A stretch of 64,000 nt of DNA from the NCBI GenBank assembly GCA_951406725.2, contig OX597828.1, positions 50,778,001-50,842,000 of the forward strand, written 5' to 3'. The stretch comes from Octopus vulgaris. Lineage: Eukaryota. Position 1 is the stretch's first letter; each line of letters starts with the position of its first letter. Positions 54,461 to 64,000 of this stretch are shown here, piece by piece. A program made the position numbers and the translations under genes. The notes under the pieces are model-generated. The model was not told the origin of the DNA. It did no database searches and worked only from the letters and a program-made list of their open reading frames with translations.

Positions 54461-55241
54461 GTATTGGTTCGAATCACGCAGTTTTACGTAATATACGTGT
54501 GTGTGTGTGTGTGTGTGTGCCAATGGCAGCCCCTGTACACTAGGAGTAACCGTCGCAGCTGTTGCGATTAAAGTAATAGCAACAGCTATAACTACTACTA
54601 CTACTACTATTGTGATGATGATGACGATGACGGTGATGATGATGATGATGATGAACGTGAGGAAGGAAAGAAGACAGCCAAATTGAATTGCATGAATGCT
54701 AAAACGTAAGATAGTTAACAGACGACAAAGCATTGGTGGTGTTTTAGAATAATGCTAAATATAATTGTTATATAATTGCATTAAACCATGCAAGGCAAGT
54801 TTTTTTCAAATAACATTAATTTTCTGAAAAGAAAAAAATGATAATCTGAAATGCTATATATAGAAACCAAGAAATATTGCCTTTCTCTGTTTATTGTCCA
54901 TACTTTTAGAATGAAAAGAAAAGATTTTTAAGAAAATAATATTTTGTTTTCGCTTAATTAATTTTATATAAATTCTGTAAACTGTATTTTCCCAAGAAAT
55001 GGCGATTTTGTTTCTTTTTCTTTTTGCTGATATTTATTCCTTGTACTAAGAGTACAAAATGTGAGGATCAGCTTATTACTTATTCTGGCCTTTATTTTTT
55101 TTTTTATCTTTAATTTTCATCTCGAAATCCTAAGACTTGTACGCCTGGTAACCTGTACTAATTTATCACGTAAGAAACGTAAGAAATTAACCAAACACTA
55201 AATATTTCAGCATTTTTTTCTTCGCTTAATTTCCTACGTGA

Positions 55242-55663
55242 TACTCTTTACTCTTTACTCTTTTACTTGTTTCAGTCATTTGACTGCGGCCATGCTGGAG
55301 CACCGCCTTTAATCGAGCAACTCGACCCCGGAACTTATTCTTTGTAAGCCCAGTACTTATTCTATCGGTGTCTTTTGCCGAACCGATAAGTGACGGGGAC
55401 GTAAACACACCAGCATTGGTTGTCAAGCAATGCTAGGGAGACAAACACAAACACACAAACACATGCACACACATGCATATACATATATATACATATATAC
55501 GACAGGCTTCTTTCAGTATCCGTCTACCAAATCCACTCACAAGGCATTGGTCGGCCCGGGGCTATAGCAGAAGACACTTGCCCAAGATGCCACGCAGTGG
55601 GACTGAACCCGGAACCGTGTGGTTGGTTAGCAAGCTACCTACCACACAGCCACTCCTGCGCCT
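55242..55663 (-). mobile_element. SINE family A, full length
   Basis: Reverse complement of 12671-13092. Confidence 0.92.
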
Positions 55664-56356
55664 ATGATATGCATTAATATTTAATTTTTTTCTATCACTT
55701 TGGTTACTTTTATGGTTTCCGGGTTTGATATTTCTTGTGAAAGTGAAGGATTCGTTTTAGATGTTCTTGAACTTCCGTTTTCTCCTTGTGCTTCAATATT
55801 TATTTAAATGTTGTTGTAGGTTGCGGTCTAGCAATTTGGACCTAGTCAGAATTATTACGTTCCATGCAAAGAAAAACGTTGGAATCTCATGTGCAAGTCA
55901 GATCCCGTGAATGTTTAAGTAATAAACCAGTTTCGTTCGCAACTTTGTTCGACCTAAACGTGACAAAATCTTCTCAATATGGGATTTATAGCATGAAGGA
56001 ACTGAATACTGTGTGGTTGCAAGGAAACCTCAAAACAACACAATTCTGACTTCAGCGTGGACATTAATATCAAGAGTTGATTGCTGGAGTGTGGAGGAGA
56101 CAAGAAAAATGTATGTTTTATCTTAAATCGGGGTAATCATATCTTGAACCGTTCTCTGGTATTTTGAAAGGAATAAAATAAATAAGAGAAAATTCTTGAA
56201 GGAAATATTTTCAAATGTGTACGTTCTAGTCCTTCGGTTAAAAAACAAAACAAAGCCAAAAAACATTGCGATGTAGAAAGAGCAACCAAATCTACCTCAA
56301 CTTGATGCATATTTTTTTTTCTGTATTTTTCTTTTTTAAGATATATCACAACTCGT

Positions 56357-56580
56357 AGGAGCGGCTGTGTGGTAAGTAGCTTGCTTACGAACCACATGGT
56401 ACCGGGTTCAGTCTCACTGCGTGGCACCTTGGGCAAGTATATTCTACTCTAGCCTCGGGCCAACCAAAGCCTTGTGAGTGGATTTGGTAGACGGAAACTG
56501 AAAGAAGCCCGTCGTATATATGTATATGTATGTTTGTATAAGTTTGCGTGTAAGTGGTTGCCCTTTAACATCTTTTGACA
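56357..56580 (+). mobile_element. SINE family A, 5' half
   Basis: Head plus GTGAGTGGATTTGGTAGACGGAAACTGAAAG segment. Confidence 0.85.
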
Positions 56581-56904
56581 TTCAAGTTATTTTTCAAACA
56601 CTGTAGAAGTTTAATTTTAAATTTTAGGTATTACATGTTGGTGTCTGGATAAATACTATCTGTTTACTTCCGAAGGACGTTATCTTCGAAGTTTATGATA
56701 ATCCTATAGCTGGGATATTTCTAAGATATCGTATAAAAGATATCGTATATATATCGTATAACAGAAATGCGCGTGATAAAAATTTGAAATAAAATTATTT
56801 TAGCAAACGTCTAGACAATATCAGAGATAAATTTCGAAACTTAATTAAAGAAATAATAATGAATATTCAACAGCAAATTTAATCAAATTTTATATGATAA
56901 ACTA

Positions 56905-57530
56905 ACCATCGGTTTCAAATTTTAGCACAAGGCCAGTAATTATGAGGGAGAGGGGAAAATCGATTACATCTATCCCCGAAAGAGATGACGGGCAGAGTAG
57001 ACCTTGGTGAAATTTGAACTCGGGACGTAATGCCGTTAAGTACTTTGCCTGGCATGTTAACGATTCAGCTAACTCACCGCCTTAACTAAGGGTAATATTG
57101 ATTTAAAATTTTGGTCTTGTGCCAGCAATTTTGGGGGAAGGGTAAGTCGATTACATCAATCCCAGTGATACTTATTATATTGACCCCGAAAGGATAAAAA
57201 GGTACAGTTGGCGTTGGCGGAATTTGAAGTCAGATCTTAAAGACGAACGAAATGCCACTAAGCATTTTTCCCAGCATGCTAACGATTGTGCCAGCTCGCA
57301 GCTTTAATAATGGTAATATTGGTTTCAAATTTTGCTACAAGACTAGCAAATTCAGAGGAGGGGATATGTCGATTGGTACTTACGTTATCGAACCGAAAGA
57401 ATGAAAAGTAATGTAGCCGACACGGCCGGATTTGAACGTAAAGACAGACGAAATGGCTGTGAGTATTTCGCCCGGAGTGTTAACGATTCTGTCAGCTCAC
57501 CACCTAAAAATAACGGTAACATTATTTTTG
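56905..57530 (-). repeat. Tandem array of three diverged SINE family C copies
   Basis: Units at ~56910-57083, 57098-57305 and 57320-57505, each followed by TAA.GGTAA.ATT. Confidence 0.8.
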
Positions 57531-57919
57531 ATACGTTAAAGTAATAAAAAAAACGAATATTTTTGTGTCATCGATTATAAGATTATATTGCAAACGTTAA
57601 CAATTCATTCAAGGACAAAAATAATTTTATAAACATACATTTGATTTAAAAAGTTAAACTAAATAAACTATTTGAAACAATAAAAGCACAAACATGATTC
57701 CATTATTTATTTCCGATCAAAAGATAATTTGCTCCGGTACATACCTATAAAAATGTATAAAAACAAACACAAACAAAGCATCCATATCCGATTTATACTA
57801 ACTTAAGTGCACTAAGAATGGTAAACGATTAGATTACATATCGAAACAGTGAGATACAGTATCAGGCTTTTCTAAGAGTTTCTAGATATGCTAAGAATCT
57901 ACAAAATCAGAAATATATT

Positions 57920-58157
57920 TATTTCTTTATTGCCCACAGGGGGCTAAACATAGAGGAGACAAACAAGGACAGACAAGGGGATTAAGTCGTTTATATCGAC
58001 CCCAGTGCGTGACTGGTACTTATTTAATCGACCCCGAAAGGATGAAAGGCAAAGTCGACCTCGGCGGAATTTGAACTCAGAACGTAACGGCAGACGAAAT
58101 ACCGCTAGGCATTTCGCCCGGCGTGCTAACGTTTTTGCCAGCTCGCCGACTTAAAAA
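57920..58157 (-). mobile_element. SINE family C (second tail type) with 12 bp TSD
   Basis: TSD CAGAAATATATT at 57908-57919 and 58158-58169. Confidence 0.92.
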
Positions 58158-58850
58158 CAGAAATATATTGGCAATGTCTACATGTCACTTGGAGAGCGTA
58201 TTTTTGCGGATGTTGCAGAATCAGAAGCAATAAGAAAGTATTTTAAAGAATGTAAACGAACATACAAAAATAGAATCGCCAAGGATTGCAACTAACATCT
58301 CGCAGATATTTGTGTATTGTGTAACAGAATTACAATTTCGTTGTTCCCGAGGCAAGTTGTTTTCTTTACTTTTAGCAAGAAGCTGGAGTAGTTATAGATT
58401 CTCCTCTTTGACTGCAATGAAATGACTGAAATCAATAAAACGTTAAAAGAAGCCTGATGTAAGGTCAAAAGTTTTGCAGGATGGTACACTATATTACTAT
58501 GCAACCTGAAATAGTGGAAGAGAATGTGAACACCCTAGATATTTGGAAATACGGTTATATAAGCCTTAAGTGTTAAATTGTCAGCAACTACCAAAATATA
58601 AACTATGGAACGATAAAATATTTACCAATATTACATGAAACTCTGGCGTCAATAGTCTACAAAATCATCTGATGACATATGTGAAAATAATATTTCGCCA
58701 TTGAGAAACAAGAAGGATATTGACGTATGGTAAGAAGAAAGTAGACGAACTATTGGTAACTAATTATACAAATTTCTGAAAAGAGTAAAAAGAGTAGAAA
58801 AAATGATAAATTGCTGTGGGGGATATATATATATAAATATATATATATAT

Positions 58851-59273
58851 TCTTTTACTCTTTTACTATTTTACTTGTTTCAGTCATTTGAATGCGGCCA
58901 TGCTGGAGCACCGCCTTTAGTCGAGCAAATCGACCCCGGGACTTATTCTTTGTAAGCCCAGTACTTATTCTATCGGTCTCTTTTGCCGAACCCCTAAGTG
59001 ACGGGGACGTAAACACATCAGCATCGGTTGTCAAGCAAAGCTAGGGGGACAAACACAGACACACAAACATATACACACACACTTATATATATATATATAT
59101 ACATATATACGACAGGCTTCTTTCAGTTTCCGTCTACCAAATCCACTCACAAGGCTTTGGTCGGCCCGGGGCTATAGCAGAAGACACTTGCTCAAGATGC
59201 CACGCAGTGGGAATGAACCCGGAACCATGCGGCTGGTTAGCAAGCTACTTACCACACAGCCACTCCTGCGCCT
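58851..59273 (-). mobile_element. SINE family A, full length
   Basis: Reverse complement of 12671-13092. Confidence 0.92.
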
Positions 59274-59287
59274 ATATATATACATAA

Positions 59288-59760
59288 AAAGGTTTCCGGC
59301 TAATTGTGTCCATTGGTTGTCGCCAGTGGTTGACAATCATCAGCTAAAAATAACAGTAACTCGCTCCAGCTGGCAATAAATAGAAAACCAAGCGACAATC
59401 CATTCCATATGAACATGGCAATAAAGGCTATTTGTCAGTAGAGTTACTATTTTCCTCTCTTATAGAGATTTTCTAACTAGCTAGTTTGCTTGTTGCAAGT
59501 TAAGTAACTGATGGTGGCTTGGTTTTCTATATATTGAGGGCTGGAGGTCGACTTTGCCTTTCATCCTTTCGGGGTCGATAAATTAAGTACCAGTTGCGTA
59601 TTGAGATCGATCTAATCGACTGGCCTCCCCAAAAAAACATTTCGGGCCTTGTGCCTTGAGCAGAAAATTACATATTGCGAGCTGGAACGAATTACCGCTA
59701 TCTGTAGCGGATGGGCGCTCACCAGTGGCGAAGGGCACAAATAGCCCGAAACCTTATGGT
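59288..59760. repeat. Diverged inverted repeat with decayed hammerhead motifs; a partial SINE C (59543-59668) lies between the arms
   Basis: 59291-59377 mirrors 59673-59753. Confidence 0.65.
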
Positions 59761-60007
59761 CTGGTGATCTCGCCGTCTGCTAGAAAACCGTAGGAGTTCG
59801 CTCCCCTGCTTGTAATATATATCGGGTGCAGATTGCATCGATAACCAACTGGAGGCGGCTTCTTCTGGGCTTATAAATCGGTAGTAATATCAATTACCAT
59901 GGAACAGCCATATTGATGTGGCATTAACATTACTTACACACACATACATACACAGACACACACAGACACATATATATGCATGTATATATATATATATATG
60001 TAAATAA

Positions 60008-60238
60008 GGCGGCGAGCTGGCAGAAACGTTAGCACGCCGGGCGAAATGCGTAGCCGTATTTTGCCTGCCGTTACGTTCTGAGTTCAAATTCCGCCGAGGT
60101 CGACTTTGCCTTTCATCCTTTCTGGGTCGATAAATAAAGTACCAGTTTCACACTGGGGTCTATGTAATCGACTTAATCCCTTTGTCTGTCCTTGTTTGTC
60201 CCCTCTATGTTTAGCCCCTTGTGGGTAGTAAAGAAATG
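60008..60238 (+). mobile_element. SINE family C, full length
   Basis: GGCGGCGAGCTGGCAGAA head, GAGTTCAAATTCC B box, Deu/Nin-like core, tail as in 57920. Confidence 0.92.
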
Positions 60239-61353
60239 TGTATGAATGTATGTAAAGTGTGTATGTGTGTATGTGTGTGTAAACAGCCTCATTATCAAGG
60301 TAATATATCAAGGGGGTGGAGTCAAAGTTAAAAAAAAATCATCGATCCGATTACCAGACAATAATAAACAAAATATCTCCCATTCTCGAAAAGGATATTG
60401 GAGGTAGTAATGTTTTATGACTTAGTGAAGTGGTGCTGTGTGTAACCATAATCTCCAGAAACGCTCCAAGAGTTGTGAGACTGATACGGTTTTTGTTCAG
60501 TTTGAATGTCTGTACTGTAATATCGTCGGCGGGGAAGGAGAAAAGGCTGGCGTATGTGGTCAGCGTTCAATATGGAGTTTCACAGTGTTGGGGATGCCGG
60601 GAAGAAGGGAAAAGCAGAGGAGACTCTATGTATCGTGTGGAACTCAGTGCAAACGGTACAAAACAAATCAATTCAGAGAAGTGGTTGCTGTAGATGTAAT
60701 AGTAATGTGAAAGAAGACAGTGACATCGTAGATCAGGTGCTTGTAATGTACTGGTGAGTATTTACCAATGAATGCTTTATATTTGGTGTGATTTGAGGAT
60801 GTATGTGTGTGTGTAGGAATTGCAACGCTCTGATCACAAATGAGTCCATTATGTTTATTTGGTTCTTACTTGAACTTTACTATAGATAAATATTTCTAAG
60901 TAAGAAGATTTCTTGGAAAGAATGTTCCGCACATAACGTTAAGTGGATTAAAGTTAAATCCCGTACTTCGTAGATCTGGGAACAAGCGAAAGTAATGCAG
61001 TCCTGCAGAAGTAAAATGAAGGTCTGCATGACCCTATTTAACTCCAAAGTGCTGCCGCTGATTAGTGCTAATAAATATTTTGTCTGCACTGCATAATTAG
61101 AAACAGGGTACATGATTAGTGATTGTTAAATGTTAAGGGTATAAGCCACAATATACAAATAGGTATAGGTAAGATCTAAGTCTAGTTTTCAGTTACATTT
61201 TTTTCCATTGTTGAAACAAAAATATTTCAATCTGTCAATTTTTCATATTTATTGTACAAAAATATTTTCCAAAATAATAGTTGATTTACTCTCGACATCT
61301 TGGGAAGCCACAAATACAATATTTATTACTCCTCTTTCTTACAGAATATGAGA

Positions 61354-61510
61354 CAGGCGTAGCTGCTTGGGTAGAAGTGTTCTTCCAAACTACATGGTGC
61401 CGGGTTCAGATTCTCTGCGTTCTACCTTAGCCAAGTGTTTTATAGTTTAGCCACGGGCCGACCAAAGCTTTGTGAGTGGATTTGGTAGATGGAAACGAAA
61501 AAATCCTGTC

Positions 61511-61564
<54 letters not shown>

Positions 61565-61565
61565 A

Positions 61566-61601
<36 letters not shown>

Positions 61602-61845
61602 GAGGTGCATGGCTTAGTGGTTAGGGTGTCAGCATCATGATTGCAAGATTGTGGTTTCGATTCCTGGACCGGGCGACGCGTTGTGTTCTTGAGTAAAACA
61701 CTTCATTTCACGTTGATCCAGTCCACTCAGATGGCAAAAATGAGTAACGCTGCGATGGACTAGGGTCCCGTCCAGATGGGTAACACATACGCCATTGAAA
61801 CGGGGAAACCGGGCTCATGAGCCTGGCTAGGCTTTAAAAGGGTGC

Positions 61846-61885
<40 letters not shown>

Positions 61886-61915
61886 AAATATTAGGGAAAA
61901 ATCCAAACTTATATA

Positions 61916-61950
<35 letters not shown>

Positions 61951-62105
61951 TATAAGGTTCTGTAACCTAGCGGTTCGGCAAAATAGACCGGTACAATAAG
62001 TACTAAGCTTAAAACAGATACAGGCATTAGGGTCGCTATTCATTCAACTAAAAGTTCTTGAAGGCAGTGCCCCATTATGGCCAAAGCTAAATGGCTGAAG
62101 CAAGT
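61354..62105 (+). mobile_element. SINE family A whose internal microsatellite hosts a family-B-related SINE (61598-61850) and a fold-back family tail (61880-61912)
   Basis: Family A head at 61354-61513; family A 3' half resumes at ~61958 (TAGCGGTTCGGCAAAA). Confidence 0.8.
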
Positions 62106-63254
62106 TTAAAATTATATATAAAAGATAGATAGACAGAAATACGCTGCAAGAAATTTCATTCGGAGTGAAAGCAAATATTGCTTACATGATATTTACGGAA
62201 AACTCAGTGTCTACCTTTAAAAGTATAAAACATTCTTTGAGGAACTATTATTGACTTTAAAGGTTTCCGTACTTTAGTTCGGTTATGCTCTGCTAAATGC
62301 TACAACATTTATTCCAACAGAAAGAGAATTCACACTGTTTCTGAAGCGTTAAGACAGCTTCTGAATATAATACTATTAAAGGTGCATAAACGTCAATATT
62401 TTCCACTACAACGCCTCACATCTGAACTGTCATATCTCTTAGGGTAAACACTATTGCAAAATGTGCCTACTCTCGTCCATATCGTTTGTGGAAGGCATGA
62501 GAGTTTGTGTATTCAATAAGACTTTCTTAAGTTTCCCAGTTCGTGCTTATACATCAAACATCCTTTGAAATGTTAACATGACTAACATTTCACCTGTCAT
62601 TGTGATTGTCAATTAATATTAGGTGCCGTTGTTCGAATACTGAAGTTACATTGCATTTTACATCAAACGGCTCTGTTCTCAGATTCACTAAGAAAAAAAA
62701 AAAAGAAAAAAGAAAAGCTTAATAACTGCAAGAAATTACAAAATATCAGCATCTTGGAACGTCAAGCTACAAAGTTATTCAACACTTTTCTTTCTTCGCT
62801 GCTTTCTTTATTCGATATCTGCAACTGATATCATCAATCACACACACAACGCGTGATTCTATGCTACCTGCAAGTATAATGTAGTTACTTTTCACCAGGT
62901 AAATTTGTCTTCCTCTGCTTTCGGAATGCACTGTTATGATTTCCTTAACCGAAAGTAAAGAGAAAATTAATAAAACGTGTAACATAATAAATGACATACC
63001 ACGGATTAGCAATGCTTTGCTTTAGATGCAATGATAGACTTTATTTTTAATTCTTTTTAGCAACTGTTAAATACCAGGTTAGCCAGTTCAAAGACCAGAT
63101 CAGGAAAGGACTTTATAATCTAGCGTCATCGAAGAAAATAAGGAAAAACAAAATTTAAAAACTGTTCAGTTGGTTCATGTGTAAATATGAGAGATTCAGA
63201 TGAAACAGCAAGTATACTCATTAATTATATTTGCTTGTTTTCGGATCAATAAGG

Positions 63255-64000
63255 AGAAAAAGGAGGTTATGCATTATTTCTTTGAGAACACTCATCGACC
63301 TAGTGTATGCATTCCTTACTGTGTCACTTGAAAGATCTTTGAACGTCTCTTTGATTTTAGCCACCAGTTCGGCCTCGCTGTTACAGCTGTCTTCCTCGGC
63401 TACACCCCACGCATAGCAGCTTATGTGATTACAAACGGTGGGATTTGGAGGCCAGAAACTGGGGTGGGGGTGTGAAGTCGTAGAAATTGTTCGACAACCA
63501 CTTCCGACTCCTTTCGGTGGTATGGCACGGAGCTGAATCCTGGTGCCACACATGTGGCCTTCTAGTGCCAACGCTTTCGAGCCACGGTTTGGCCGTAGTC
63601 TAAAAATAGCCGTCTGAATTCAAACTAAGATCCTGTTTAAAATATGTAGGGATCAACTGCGACGTGCGAACGCAACCACAACTTTCAGTTCGTGCCTTCC
63701 GGTTGGCCACAACTTCGCTGTCTCCGTTCCAATTGTCCATGACTATTCTTACAGGCTTTACAGTATTCACAAAACATTGGGCATCAGTTGTGATGTTGGC
63801 ATTTTGATACAGCAACAAATCATCATGATACAGGTGACTCTTTTCCAATATTCAGATGGCTTCCAGTCCTCCATGTCAGTTAGCTTTATTCTCGAGTATG
63901 ATTTTAATAATTTGACTCTCCAATGCTTTTGGCCCTTCACCAATACGTCAAACTGTTCTTTAAGAATGAGGCATAAAACATCCCGTACATGTCACCAATC
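63255..64000 (-). mobile_element. Degenerate Tc1/mariner-superfamily (maT/DD37D-like) transposase
   Basis: Frameshifted minus-strand RPHVWHQDSAPC ... FWPPNPTVCNHISCYAWGVAE (compare WQQDSAP, WPPNSPDLNPLDY). Confidence 0.7.

Noticed and set aside
56905-57530. CRISPR-like repeat-spacer array
   Set aside because: The long units are homologous SINEs rather than unique spacers; eukaryotic context and no cas genes.
58170-58800. Possible ancient LINE RT remnants (also at 7950-9100 and 60300-61150)
   Set aside because: Only faint motif hints with no recoverable frame; needs BLASTX or an HMM search.

Overview
AT-rich eukaryotic genomic DNA dense in microsatellites ((TA)n, (CATA)n, (GATA)n, (GAT)n, (AAT)n). 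The SINE and microsatellite repertoire suggests an octopus or other coleoid cephalopod; this is an inference. Only one credible host gene is present: a class A peptide GPCR with an uninterrupted coding sequence (21129-22247, minus). The rest is transposable-element debris: three modular tRNA-derived SINE families, a young 5'-truncated CR1-type LINE with an intact RT frame, RLE (R4/Dong-like), RTE, L2/CR1 and L1/Tx1-like LINE fragments, mariner and DD37D-like transposons, and a probable non-autonomous Helitron. The most striking pattern is a recurrent set of Penelope-like element (PLE) 3' ends inserted into (TA)n tracts as fold-back (inverted-repeat) structures with a one-sided tail. Several carry minimal type I hammerhead ribozyme motifs with palindromic stem III, and one tRNA-headed SINE ends in a decayed hammerhead. 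Most short ORFs in the track are microsatellite artefacts. All coordinates were read by eye, so element ends are approximate unless TSDs or TIRs are stated.
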